A stretch of DNA of 64,000 bases from contig JAFGLY010000121.1 in assembly GCA_016927815.1 (NCBI GenBank), positions 3,016 to 67,015 on the forward strand, given 5' to 3'. This document shows positions 18,940 through 28,038 of the stretch, piece after piece (the stretch's first letter is position 1; each line of letters begins with the position of its first letter). Source of the stretch: Deltaproteobacteria bacterium. GTDB lineage: Bacteria; Myxococcota_A; UBA796; JAFGLY01. The notes beneath the pieces were generated by a model. The model did not search any database. It worked only from the letters and a program-made list of their open reading frames with translations, and was not told the DNA's origin. A program made the position numbers and the translations under genes.

Positions 18940-20979
18940 CTACCTCCCTCCTGCCTCTGTCCAGGCCGAGTCGTTCGCCGGGAAAGCGATCCCCGTGTCC
19001 CGAAGGAACCCGGCCAGCGCGTGGGCGAGGCGATCGTGGCCCGCTTGGCTCAGGTGCCCCTCGTCCTCGAACAGACCGGGGATCTCCTCGGCCAGGACGG
19101 GCTTCGCGTCGAACCAGTAGACCCCGGCTCCGGGGTCGGCCAGCTCGCGCATCATCCCGTGATAGGGTCTCACGTCGCAGGGCATGGGCGGACCGCGACG
19201 GACCTCTCCGATGAGCACCACGCGCGTGCCGAGCGGCTGGAGACGGCCGAGGATGTCCTCCAGGTTGGCCCTCGCCTGCGCCACGGTCACCATGGATGCG
19301 GGGCTCACCACGCGAGAGCCGGAGAGGACCGCCGCGAGTCCCTGGTAGAGCGCGAGCCTGCGCAGGGGTCCGGCCACCTGGAGGACCCTGCGGTGCCTCT
19401 GCCAGCGGGTCCAGAGCGCCTCCAGCGGGGCGCTCCCCCGCTGGCAGGCATCGTTGGATCCGACGTAGAACGTGGCGACGTCGGCATCGAGTCTCTCGGC
19501 GATCCGTTCCAGGTAGTGCCGGATGTGGAAGGTGGTCCACCCGCCGACGCCCTGGTTCACCACCTGTACGCCCGTCCCGAGCAGCGCCTCGAGGCGGGCC
19601 GGGTAGAAGCGGTCCAGCGTGTCGAACCGCCAGTAGCCCGCGGTGGAGGACCCGCCGAAACAGGCGATCCGGAACGGCGCGGTCCGTGCAGGCAGCGCCA
19701 CCGGATACCCGCAGGTGGGGTAGGCCGTGTGCACGCCCTCTTCGAGGCGTACGAACGAGTCCTGGATGTTCTCGAAGAGGTCCTGGGAGGGACGGCAGAC
19801 CTCGGGAGCGAGGCCGGCCGGCCGGCCTCCGGCCTGCCACGCCGCACGCCAGCCGCGTCCGGCGTCGGTGTGGCGGGCGCCGACCTCCAGTCCGGCGAAC
19901 AGCACGGCGCACGCTGCCAGCGAAACGACATTGAAGCCCCTGACCCGAAGGGCATTCGCCCAGAGGAGCATTCCGGCGGCCGCGCCGGCCGCTCCGAAGG
20001 CGGCCAACCCGATGCCGGATCGGATCGTGGCCACCCAGGCGAGACCCGAGGCCAGGAGAACCCCGACCCCGACGTTCGCCAGGGCGGCGATCCGTGGGTG
20101 GCCGGTCCTCTGCGTGCTCCGCCATAGCGCTCGGGCGATCCAGAAACCCACCACGGCCGCCCCTCCGGTCCCAGCCGCCAGCCAGGGCGTGGCGAGGGCG
20201 GGGATTCGGAGCACGGACGCGACGAGGGCGGGTTCGAACGGCAGCACGACCGCACCGAACAGGACAGGCGCCCAGGTCGCGAGCACCTGTCCGGCCGTGC
20301 GGCCCCTGCGCCGTTCGAGCCTGCCGGCCAGCAGGACGAGGAGTGCGCCGATCACCGCACGGGCGGCGAGGCGCCGGACCGGCAGGGGCGGCCGAGGCGA
20401 ACCCTCGGAGGTCGCCAGGTCCAGGATCCGCACGCGCAGCACGTCCGATCCGACCCGAGGTCCCCTGGCGGGCACCCGGGCGCGACAGGTCAGGACCGCG
20501 CCCCCGAGGGTCGCGGCGATGCCCTGGGCGGTCCGCCGGATCTCGACATCGAACGGATCCAGGCCCGGTGCGGGCAGGGATCCGTCGCACGCGTCCGTGC
20601 CCAGCGAGTGGACGTCCTCGGGCCCGACGACCAGCCCGACCGGAGGACCGTCGACCTGGGCCGCCAGCTGGACCGTCAGCCGGGCGCCCGGCACCATGCG
20701 TGCCCGGATCCGGATCCACTCTACCGGATCCCGCTGCGCGAGGAGAGCCTGGTTCTGGAGGTTCCACGAGGGCAGGCCGATGCCCGTGTCCCCGTACGCG
20801 CGGGGGTCGGCCAGGGGGACGGGGGGCGGCCCCTGCCGGATCCAGCCCTCGGGCACGCCGGAGGCCCGCTGGAGCCCCTCTCCCCAGGCCACGAGCCCGC
20901 CTCCGACCGCTCCCATCCCGGCGAGCAGGACAAAGACCCCGAGCAGGGCACACCGCCTCCAGGGCGTCTCGACAGGCAT
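18940..20979 (-). CDS. Membrane protein with N-terminal exported domain, multi-TM core and C-terminal SGNH/GDSL hydrolase domain
   Basis: 679 aa. AGGAGG SD. SGNH blocks are present: I IACFGGSSTAGY, II NQGVGGW, III YVGSNDA, V DEGHLS. About 6-8 hydrophobic helices lie in the middle. Confidence 0.7.
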   Translation of the reverse strand: MPVETPWRRCALLGVFVLLAGMGAVGGGLVAWGEGLQRASGVPEGWIRQGPPPVPLADPRAYGDTGIGLPSWNLQNQALLAQRDPVEWIRIRARMVPGARLTVQLAAQVDGPPVGLVVGPEDVHSLGTDACDGSLPAPGLDPFDVEIRRTAQGIAATLGGAVLTCRARVPARGPRVGSDVLRVRILDLATSEGSPRPPLPVRRLAARAVIGALLVLLAGRLERRRGRTAGQVLATWAPVLFGAVVLPFEPALVASVLRIPALATPWLAAGTGGAAVVGFWIARALWRSTQRTGHPRIAALANVGVGVLLASGLAWVATIRSGIGLAAFGAAGAAAGMLLWANALRVRGFNVVSLAACAVLFAGLEVGARHTDAGRGWRAAWQAGGRPAGLAPEVCRPSQDLFENIQDSFVRLEEGVHTAYPTCGYPVALPARTAPFRIACFGGSSTAGYWRFDTLDRFYPARLEALLGTGVQVVNQGVGGWTTFHIRHYLERIAERLDADVATFYVGSNDACQRGSAPLEALWTRWQRHRRVLQVAGPLRRLALYQGLAAVLSGSRVVSPASMVTVAQARANLEDILGRLQPLGTRVVLIGEVRRGPPMPCDVRPYHGMMRELADPGAGVYWFDAKPVLAEEIPGLFEDEGHLSQAGHDRLAHALAGFLRDTGIAFPANDSAWTEAGGR

Positions 20980-21020
20980 GGGTTCCTCCTACCGCGCCGC
21001 GGGGGGCGCCCCCAGCGCCG

Positions 21021-21196
21021 GGCAGACCGCCTGGCCCTCAAGGATGCGCCCGAAGCTCCGAGGCCGAATACCTGCACTTCCTCGACGCCGCCTTCGCCTC
21101 GGCTGGGTGCATCGAGACGGGAAAGATCCTGGCCGGCATCCTGCGTACCCTGCGGAAGGTGCGGCTCTTCCCGATTCGAACCTACAGTCTACAGCC
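21021..21196 (+). pseudogene. Decayed four-helix-bundle protein gene (23S rRNA IVS protein / Avd-like family), internally deleted
   Basis: Only fragments translate: ..ADRLAL.. at 21021-21039, then in another frame SEAEYLHFLDAAFASAGCIETGKILAGILRTLRKV. No start codon. DNA is homologous to 61010-61028 and 61149-61227 in this window. Confidence 0.45.
21132..21196 (+). repeat. Copy A of a ~65-80-nt dispersed repeat (hairpin GGAAG-N8-CTTCC plus CTACAG tandem tail)
   Basis: gccggcatcctgcgtaccctgcggaaggtgcggctcttcccgattcgaacctacagtctacagcc aligns with 61149-61227, with roughly 80-85% of positions matching by eye. Confidence 0.6.
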
Positions 21197-21198
21197 GG

Positions 21199-23175
21199 CT
21201 ATCGCGTAGGAGCCATCCGTCCCTGCCAGGCGGCTTGCCTCACCGGTGCGACGGCCTCCTTGGTGGGAAGCTGGTAGGCCTCCGGGTCCATCCAGAGACG
21301 CTTCACGTCCTGGTTGCCTGGATCCCGGAGGACCCGCTGGTCCGCCGAGACCTCGGTGAGGCCGAGGGTGACCGGGTCCGGCTCCACGTCCCCCGGGCCG
21401 CACGGGGCCGCATCTCCCCAGGGCGCGTAGATGGCGATGCGGGCATCCTCCCAGACCGGGGCTCCCAGCATCTCGCCAAGCGTCCTCCGGACGCCCCGGC
21501 TGCGCAGCCGCATCACGTTGTCCATGAGGATCTCCGTGCTCGCGACGTGGTACAGGGCGTCCTTCTGGTTCACGACGTACCGGTAGCCCAGGTCGTACAA
21601 CTGCTGTCTGTCGGTCTCGCTCCACGTGGGATCAAACTCGTCGGCCTTGACCACGGCGTAGAGTTCCGAGAGGAACCGGTTGTGCCGGAGGAGCTGGCTG
21701 AACTCCGCGGGCGCGAACACCGGGTTGTTCTCGAGCATCCCGCCCATGATGGGCCGGCCGTGCGCGGTCTGGTAGTAGAGGTGGCCTTGGGTCCAGGCGT
21801 ACGGCAGCTCGACGATCGCCCCCGGTCCGCCCCCGGCCAGGCACCGGTAGCCGGCAGGGATGGTCGCGTCCCACGAGGGGAAGGGGAGCACGTCCGCCAG
21901 GTGGAGTTCCAAGAGCCAGACCGCCGTGAGGACACCCGCGACCCCGGCCTGGACCCGGCGGCCGAACGTGCCGCTCCACGCCAGGACCAGCGCCTGGGCG
22001 AGCCCGAGGAGAATGCACAGGTAGGCCACGGCGCGGGCAGGCCACCAGAGCCGCCTGAGAAAGCCGACCGCCTTGACGAGAGCCACGTAGGGCGGGTTGG
22101 GAAGGGCGATGTGCCCCACCAGGACGATCGGACCCATCGCGAGGAGAATCGCGACCAGGGCCATGGCCAGGAGCGGGCCGCGCTCGAGCCGCCCAGGCCG
22201 TCGGAGGTAGATCGCGAGCGTCACCCAGGACACGATCGGCACCAGGACACCCTGGGCGAGGAGGCGTTCCACCGGGCCGCTCCGGGCGATGAAGAAGCCC
22301 GCGTACCGGCGCAGGGGCTGCCACAGGAACAACCCGATGCTCTCGTCCTCCACGGTGATGGGCGGGCTGGCCCAAAGCGACCACCGGCTGGTGTCGAGCA
22401 GGCCGGGCACCATGCCCGTGGGATCCCAGGTCATCCAGAGGAGCGGAAGCGCCACGGGCGCGGTGAGGACGAGCGCCACGAGGGCGATGAGGACATGGCG
22501 CGCCAGCACCGCCAGGCGGCCGCCGGATCCCTCCGCCGGTCGGGCCACGCACCAGGCTCCGTGCCCGAGACACACCATCCCGCCAAAAAAAGCATAGAAC
22601 CAATACTGATAGCCGCAGAGCGCCAGCACCGCCCCCGCCATGATCGGGGCCTTCCACCCTCTCCTCCCCGTGCGGAACACGTAGAACAGGAAGAGCACGG
22701 GCAACAGGAGGATCGCCTGGGTGGGGCGTCCCTCGACCAGTTCGAAGAGGACGTACGGCGAGACCGAGAAGAGCACGCTCGAGAGGACAATCGCCGCGCG
22801 ATCCTCGGTGAACTCGCGCACGAGGAACCCAAACGCCACGCCCGTGAGCGCGAGACCGGTCAGGACGAAGAGGTTGTACCCGAGGACCGGGCCGAACACC
22901 CACCGGAAGGGCAGGGCCGCGTAGCCATCGAGGACGTTGGCCCCCGTGTGCAGGAAGATGTCCTTGCCCCAGGGGAAGAAGAAGAGGTCCGTATACCCCA
23001 TGCCCTGGCCCGTGCGAAGCTGGTGCTCGACGAACCAGTAGAACCACTGGGTGCCGTAGTGGTCCACGTACTCGATGCCGAGGAACCGCGAGGGCAGGTG
23101 GAGCATCGCCGGTCCGAACAGGACGCCGACGACCAGCACCGAGAGAGGCACCACGTACCAGCAGACGCCCTTCAT
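21199..23175 (-). CDS. Large polytopic membrane protein, paralogue family member 2 (GT-C/YfhO-like architecture, function unknown)
   Basis: 658 aa with many TM helices. Motifs shared with 23304-25049 are GYQYWFYAFFGG/GYCYWFYAAFIG, RRLWWPARAV/ERFWWPSRLL and LGYRYVV/LGYRYVLL. C-terminal ~200-aa soluble domain. Confidence 0.7.
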   Translation of the reverse strand: MKGVCWYVVPLSVLVVGVLFGPAMLHLPSRFLGIEYVDHYGTQWFYWFVEHQLRTGQGMGYTDLFFFPWGKDIFLHTGANVLDGYAALPFRWVFGPVLGYNLFVLTGLALTGVAFGFLVREFTEDRAAIVLSSVLFSVSPYVLFELVEGRPTQAILLLPVLFLFYVFRTGRRGWKAPIMAGAVLALCGYQYWFYAFFGGMVCLGHGAWCVARPAEGSGGRLAVLARHVLIALVALVLTAPVALPLLWMTWDPTGMVPGLLDTSRWSLWASPPITVEDESIGLFLWQPLRRYAGFFIARSGPVERLLAQGVLVPIVSWVTLAIYLRRPGRLERGPLLAMALVAILLAMGPIVLVGHIALPNPPYVALVKAVGFLRRLWWPARAVAYLCILLGLAQALVLAWSGTFGRRVQAGVAGVLTAVWLLELHLADVLPFPSWDATIPAGYRCLAGGGPGAIVELPYAWTQGHLYYQTAHGRPIMGGMLENNPVFAPAEFSQLLRHNRFLSELYAVVKADEFDPTWSETDRQQLYDLGYRYVVNQKDALYHVASTEILMDNVMRLRSRGVRRTLGEMLGAPVWEDARIAIYAPWGDAAPCGPGDVEPDPVTLGLTEVSADQRVLRDPGNQDVKRLWMDPEAYQLPTKEAVAPVRQAAWQGRMAPTR

Positions 23176-23303
23176 CCGGTCTCCAGCCCCGCCGGCTTAT
23201 CGCTCCGAGCCGAACGCGGGCATTCCCGGCGCGTCCGGTCGAGGGCGGCACGCCCCGCTCCTCCAAGCTGTCGGTGCGGGGAAAACGGTTTAGGAGCGTC
23301 CAC

Positions 23304-25049
23304 ATGCGCCGTCTCCTACCCCCGCTCGCCACCACGCTCGTGTGCGTAGGCGCGGCCGTGATCCTGTCGTGGCCGCTGGCCACGGACCCGGCCGGATCGG
23401 TCCGGGAGACGGTCCTGTCCCCGGATGCCTCGGTGGGCCGGTGGTTGCCGGGTCACCTGGCCGCCCGGATCCGTGCCGGCCAGAACCCCTTCCAGGCTCC
23501 GGACCTGTACTGGCCCGACGGCTTCGACCTGTGCGGGGGTCTCCACAACCTGGGCGTGGACCTGCTGCTGGTTCCGCTCTACCTCGTGTTCGCTCCCGTG
23601 CTGGCGTACAACGTCGGCAGCCTGCTCATCGCGCTCGCCAATGCCGCGGCGGGCTGGAGGCTCGGCCGGACCCTCGGACAGGGTCGTCCTGAGGCCGCGG
23701 CGGCCTCCGCCCTGGTCCTCGGGTGCAGCGCCTTCGCCTGGTACGAGGCCATGGCCGGACGCCACGCCCAGGCTTTCTTGGCCCCGATGACGCTCACGCT
23801 GCTCGGGCTGTGGGAGATCACACGGGGGCGGTCCAGCGGGCGGACGGCCGTCGCCACGGGGGTGGCCCTGGCGGTCACCGGCTACTGCTACTGGTTCTAT
23901 GCCGCGTTCATCGGCCTCGTCGCGGTGCCTCTCGCCCTGGTCGCCACCCTGCCCCCCCGGCGGCAGCGGTGGCTCACCCTGGCCGGGACTCTGGTCGTGG
24001 CCCTCGTCCTGGCCACGCCCGGGGTCGTGCCGCTGCTCGCTGCCGCCGCCAGCCCGGACTCCATCGTACGGCGTGGCATCGAGGCAGGGGCAGGACCGTT
24101 CCGAGCGGACTTCAGCCTCCACCTGACGGGCCTGTTCTGGCCGGCGGCCTGGTGGGACGGCCCCAGTGCCCGCCTGCCCTTCGTCGTGGAAGCGCTCGTC
24201 CTCTCTGGTCTCGTCCTGGGCGCCCTCCGGCGTCGGGCCGGGTTCCTTCCCTGGCTCGCGGGGATCGCGGTGATCCTCGCACTCGGGGAGCACGCCGGCT
24301 GGTATGCCCACAGCCCGGTGGAGATCCGCGGGCACCGGGTTCCCCTTCCCCTGGCCCTGGGGGTCCGCCTCCCGCTCCTGGAACGGTTCTGGTGGCCGAG
24401 CCGCCTGTTGGCGCTGACCTGGGTGGGGGCAGCGGGCGTCGCCGCGGTGGCGGTCTCGCATCCATCCCGGCCCCGGAAGCGGTGGCTCCTCGCCGCATCG
24501 ATCGTGAGCCTCGTGGTCCTGGAGGGTACGCTCCTCCTCAGGCAACGCGACGTGCCCTCGCAGGACCGACTGCTGTCGCGTGTGGAGGTGCCCGCGTTCT
24601 TCGAGGAACTGGGCCGCGAACCGGGCCGGTGGCCCCTCCTCCAGCTTCCGTTCTGGACCGTGAACAACTGCGCGACGTTCTGGGTCACGTGGCACCGGCA
24701 GCCCCTGGATGGGGGGCCCGGGTGCCAAAGAACGGCGTTCGTGCCCGCCGCCACCCTGCGCCGGGTCGAGGCGGACCCGGTGCTCTCCGCGCTCCGGCGC
24801 CTGCACGAGCCGGACGGCGAGCCTCCGCCGGGCCTGGACGTGGCCGCCGGACTGCGGCGCCTCGGGTACCGCTACGTGCTGCTCTGGCGGGAACCCGTGA
24901 TCGACGGACCTCTCCTCACCCGCCGCGTGGTCTCGCTCCTCGGCGAGCCGATGCACATCGAGGAGGCGCCGTTCGAGGTCTGGGACCTCGAGACCAGCCT
25001 CACCGCATCAAATCCGGATGCACGGGGGAGGTCGGCGGCTGGGCGATGA
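23304..25049 (+). CDS. Large polytopic membrane protein, paralogue family member 3 (GT-C/YfhO-like architecture, function unknown)
   Basis: ATG at 23304 lies 7 nt after AGGAG. 581 aa. Divergent from member 2 across a 128-nt spacer. Shared motifs are listed under member 2. Confidence 0.7.
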   Translation: MRRLLPPLATTLVCVGAAVILSWPLATDPAGSVRETVLSPDASVGRWLPGHLAARIRAGQNPFQAPDLYWPDGFDLCGGLHNLGVDLLLVPLYLVFAPVLAYNVGSLLIALANAAAGWRLGRTLGQGRPEAAAASALVLGCSAFAWYEAMAGRHAQAFLAPMTLTLLGLWEITRGRSSGRTAVATGVALAVTGYCYWFYAAFIGLVAVPLALVATLPPRRQRWLTLAGTLVVALVLATPGVVPLLAAAASPDSIVRRGIEAGAGPFRADFSLHLTGLFWPAAWWDGPSARLPFVVEALVLSGLVLGALRRRAGFLPWLAGIAVILALGEHAGWYAHSPVEIRGHRVPLPLALGVRLPLLERFWWPSRLLALTWVGAAGVAAVAVSHPSRPRKRWLLAASIVSLVVLEGTLLLRQRDVPSQDRLLSRVEVPAFFEELGREPGRWPLLQLPFWTVNNCATFWVTWHRQPLDGGPGCQRTAFVPAATLRRVEADPVLSALRRLHEPDGEPPPGLDVAAGLRRLGYRYVLLWREPVIDGPLLTRRVVSLLGEPMHIEEAPFEVWDLETSLTASNPDARGRSAAGR

Positions 25050-26376
25050 ACCCGCTCTCCTGGAGCTGGTCCACGACGGCCCGCGCCTCCCGGATGGAAC
25101 GCTCGGCCATGGCGTACAGGGTGTCCCGGTCGTACTCGACACCGGCCACGCCCTGCTCGATGGCCTTGCGACCTACGGCCACGGCCTCTCGGGGGAAGAC
25201 CTCCCACTCGTTCATGGAGGGGATGATGTAGTCGGGTCGGAGACCCTTGTCCGCTGCGACGGCGGCGAGCTCCATGGCGGCGGCAACGCACATCTCGTCG
25301 GTGATCGTGGAGGCGCGGACGTCCAGCGTGCCTCGGAAGATGCCCGGGAACCCCAGGGAGTTGTTGACCTGGTTCGGGAAGTCGCTTCGGCCCGTGGCGA
25401 ACACCGCGCAGCCTGCCTCCTCGGCCTCCCAGGGCCACATCTCCGGTACCGGGTTGGCACAGGCGAACACCACGGCGTCCTTCGCCATCCGCTTGACCCA
25501 GTCCACCTTGAGGGTGCCCGGGCCCTGCTTGGAGAGCGCGATGCAGACGTCCATGTTCTCCAGCGCATCGGCCACGCTGCCCTGGCGCTGCTCGGCGTTG
25601 GTCCGGCACGTCCAGTCCCACTTGTAGGGATCGTCGCCGTGCTCGATGTCGGTACGACCTTTGTGGAGGATGCCCCGGGAGTCGGCCATCACGATCCGAC
25701 CCGGGTCCGCCCCGACGAGGACAAGCAGTCGGGCGATGGCCTGGTTCGCGGCGCCCGCGCCGAGGAGTGCGATGCCCGCGCGGTCGATCCGCTTGCCCAC
25801 CAGCTTCAGGGCGTTGAGGAGGCCCGCCACCGTGACGGCCGCTGTCCCCTGCTGGTCGTCGTGCCAGACGGGGATGCGGCACTCCGCGCGCAGCCGGTCG
25901 AGGACCGTGAAGCACTTGGGCTTCTCGATGTCCTCGAGGTTGATCCCCCCGAAGGAGGGCTGGATCCACTTGACGAGCTGGATGATCTCCTCGGCGCCGT
26001 GGGCATCCGCACAAATCGGGACCGCGTCCACGCCCCCGAGGTACTTGAACAGCAGGGCCTTGCCCTCCATCACGGGCAGTCCCGCCTCGGGCCCGATGTT
26101 GCCGAGGCCGAGCACGCGGCTGCCGTCGGAGACCACCGCGATGCAGTTGCCCTTGTTGGTGTGGTCGAACACCCGGCCGGGATGGGCCTGGATGTCCTTG
26201 CACGGGGCCGCCACGCCGGGGGTGTACCAGATCGCGAAGTCGTCGAGGCTGCGGACGCAGCACTTGGAGGTGACCTGGAACTTGCCCTTGTAGAAGGGAT
26301 GGAGTTCCATGGCGTCCTTGGACGGCTGGTAGGCCTTGGCGAGCAGCTGCTCCACGGTGGGACGGGCTTCCGGCAT
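25000..26376 (-). CDS. NAD(P)-dependent malic enzyme (short MaeB-type, no PTA domain)
   Basis: 458 aa. YTPGVAAPC, VVSDGSRVLGLGNIG, FGGINLEDI, HDDQQGTA, GAGAA and NQVNNSLGFPGIFRG all match the malic enzyme family. Overlaps the convergent upstream gene by 50 nt. Confidence 0.9.
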   Translation of the reverse strand: MPEARPTVEQLLAKAYQPSKDAMELHPFYKGKFQVTSKCCVRSLDDFAIWYTPGVAAPCKDIQAHPGRVFDHTNKGNCIAVVSDGSRVLGLGNIGPEAGLPVMEGKALLFKYLGGVDAVPICADAHGAEEIIQLVKWIQPSFGGINLEDIEKPKCFTVLDRLRAECRIPVWHDDQQGTAAVTVAGLLNALKLVGKRIDRAGIALLGAGAANQAIARLLVLVGADPGRIVMADSRGILHKGRTDIEHGDDPYKWDWTCRTNAEQRQGSVADALENMDVCIALSKQGPGTLKVDWVKRMAKDAVVFACANPVPEMWPWEAEEAGCAVFATGRSDFPNQVNNSLGFPGIFRGTLDVRASTITDEMCVAAAMELAAVAADKGLRPDYIIPSMNEWEVFPREAVAVGRKAIEQGVAGVEYDRDTLYAMAERSIREARAVVDQLQESGFIAQPPTSPVHPDLMR

Positions 26377-26547
26377 CGGGGGGTCCTCCGGCTCTGGCGT
26401 CGCCCAGGCCGGGAGATGCCCTCTGCACCTCCACCTGAGCCTTCTGTCCTATCCGAGTGCCGTCACCCGTCCACCCGAAAGCCGCGCATCCGTCGGGTGC
26501 TGCGGATAGGAGTACGTCCCTCGGTGCTCCCCCTCCCGGAGTCCTGC

Positions 26548-27156
26548 GTGCGCCCGTTCCCCGTCGCCTGGCCCGTCGTCCTCCTGGCAGGCTGCACGTC
26601 CATGGCCGGCACCATGGAGGGCGAGGAGATCGCGGAAGCCCAAGACGCCTTCTACGACACCATGATGTACCAGATGGGCGTCCACCACTACCGCCTGTTC
26701 GCGGTCTTCGTGACCAGCGCCTCCGACGGGTGCGAAGTGTTGGATCGCCTGGAGCGGATGGAGGGCTCCTGCGGCGCCCAGTGCCTGGAGATCGTGGAGA
26801 TCGCCGAGGACCACCTCTCCGGTCGGGCCCTCTGGACCCTCGGCCTGCTGCTCGCCACCACCGGCGAGGCGGACCAGGACTACGAGTGGTACGATTCCAT
26901 CGAGGAGGCGTCCTTCTCGGCCTCCTTGGACCGGACGGACCTCCTGGACGTCTACGACCGCGCGGCCTGCAAGGCGGCCTGCCTCGACGAGGACCTGATG
27001 CCGGTCGAGACATGGATCGCCACGGGGGGTAGCGTGAAGGTCCGGCACTGGAGGGAGGAGCGGCACCTGAGGGGCCGGTACGAGATCACGTTCGAGGACG
27101 GAACCGTGGAAGGCTCGTTCGACGCCGAGTACTGTCCAGGGCTGTTCGTCTCGTGA
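26548..27156 (+). CDS. Lipoprotein, hypothetical
   Basis: GTG at 26548 after GGAG. Lipobox VVLLAGC. 202 aa, acidic, with several Cys. It is the terminal part of the 25018-27156 ORF, whose upstream part is antisense to malic enzyme. The exact start is uncertain. Confidence 0.5.
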   Translation: MRPFPVAWPVVLLAGCTSMAGTMEGEEIAEAQDAFYDTMMYQMGVHHYRLFAVFVTSASDGCEVLDRLERMEGSCGAQCLEIVEIAEDHLSGRALWTLGLLLATTGEADQDYEWYDSIEEASFSASLDRTDLLDVYDRAACKAACLDEDLMPVETWIATGGSVKVRHWREERHLRGRYEITFEDGTVEGSFDAEYCPGLFVS

Positions 27157-27725
27157 TCGGTCCGGGGCTCCTGTTCCTGGGCGGCTGCCTGGCCCGTTCC
27201 TCCCAGGTGGTGGGCCCGCTCGCCGCGCCCGACGAGGTCCGGGAGGCCCCGCTCGGGGCGACCCCCTCCCTGGCGGGCGGCCACGGCGCCACGTCCCTTG
27301 CCGGGGCACCCCCCTCGGGGCACCGGCCGTGCGATCCGGAGGCGAACGCGGGCGGGTGCCCGACGCCTGGAGACGGGTTCGACGCGTTCCCGGACTGCGG
27401 CTCGACTTCTGGCCAGCCGCTGCGGGCCGTCGGCGTGACGGGCGCTCTGTCCCGCGAGGCGGTTCTCGCGGCCGTGCTGGCAAACCTCCTGCCCGTACGC
27501 GCCTGCGTGGAGGACACCCTCCTCCAGACCACGCCCGGCCAGGTGGTGGTACGGTTCTCGGTGACCCCCGAAGGGCGGGTCTCGCGCAGCAGCGTCGCGT
27601 CGGACACCACCGGAGGCGACGGCCGACTCGCGGACTGTCTGGCGCACGCGCTCGCCCGGACCGTGTTTCCTCCCGCCGAGGGACCCACCTGGATCTGCTG
27701 GCCCGTCAACGTGCAGGTGCCGTAG
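27153..27725 (+). CDS. Lipoprotein with TonB_C/AgmX-PglI-like C-terminal domain
   Basis: GTG overlaps the upstream stop (GTGA). Lipobox LFLGGC. Pro/Gly-rich linker. C-terminal pattern V..L..VRAC....L......G.VVVRF.V.P.GRV....V.......D..LA.C....L....FPP. Confidence 0.6.
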   Translation: MIGPGLLFLGGCLARSSQVVGPLAAPDEVREAPLGATPSLAGGHGATSLAGAPPSGHRPCDPEANAGGCPTPGDGFDAFPDCGSTSGQPLRAVGVTGALSREAVLAAVLANLLPVRACVEDTLLQTTPGQVVVRFSVTPEGRVSRSSVASDTTGGDGRLADCLAHALARTVFPPAEGPTWICWPVNVQVP

Positions 27726-27738
27726 GCGTCGCTGCGCG

Positions 27739-28038
27739 TCAGGCACCCGTGCGAAAGGTCCAGGCCTTGCGCGCATCCGTTCGAGGAAAGAGGTAGGAGG
27801 CCACGAAGGCCGAATGGACCGGATCCTCCGCGTAGGTGGCCAGGGCGGCCTCGTCCGCGAAGCGCACCGTCACGCGGAGGTCCCACTCCGCCTGGGTGGC
27901 CGGGTCTCCTGGCCGGTCCACGGCGGCCGATGCGACCTCGGGCAGGCCTCGGAGGAGACCGAGGATGCGCTCGGCCACCTCCGCCACGGACGCCTGCGAC
28001 CGTTCCGTGCACCTGAGCAGGATCACGCGCTCGATCAC
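27739..28038 (-). CDS. Dabb-family stress-responsive alpha/beta-barrel protein
   Basis: GTG at 28038 after GGAGG overlaps the hexokinase stop (GTGA). 99 aa: VIERVILLR...LLRGLPEV......GD....AEWDL...V.F.D..AL..Y..DP.H..F. This is the typical Dabb length and pattern. Confidence 0.65.
   Translation of the reverse strand: MIERVILLRCTERSQASVAEVAERILGLLRGLPEVASAAVDRPGDPATQAEWDLRVTVRFADEAALATYAEDPVHSAFVASYLFPRTDARKAWTFRTGA

Noticed and set aside
18815-20953. 712-aa minus-strand ORF, plus 19727-21277, 20094-21209 and 20608-23349 on the plus strand.
   Set aside because: All are Arg/Pro/Gly-rich shadow frames that overlap the SGNH membrane protein and polytopic protein genes. Those genes have recognisable motifs and SD sequences.
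21165-21190. tRNA-like T-loop sequence (minus strand GGTTCGAATCGGGAAG) within repeat copy A.
   Set aside because: No complementary T-stem, acceptor stem or anticodon arm can be drawn around it. Copy B has CAAGTGGG at the same place, so the resemblance to GGTTCGAATCC is a coincidence.
24872-27013. 713-aa minus-strand ORF and the first ~510 codons of the 25018-27156 plus-strand ORF.
   Set aside because: They overlap the malic enzyme gene, which matches its family end to end. Only the last 202 codons of 25018-27156 look real, having a lipobox after a GTG with an SD.
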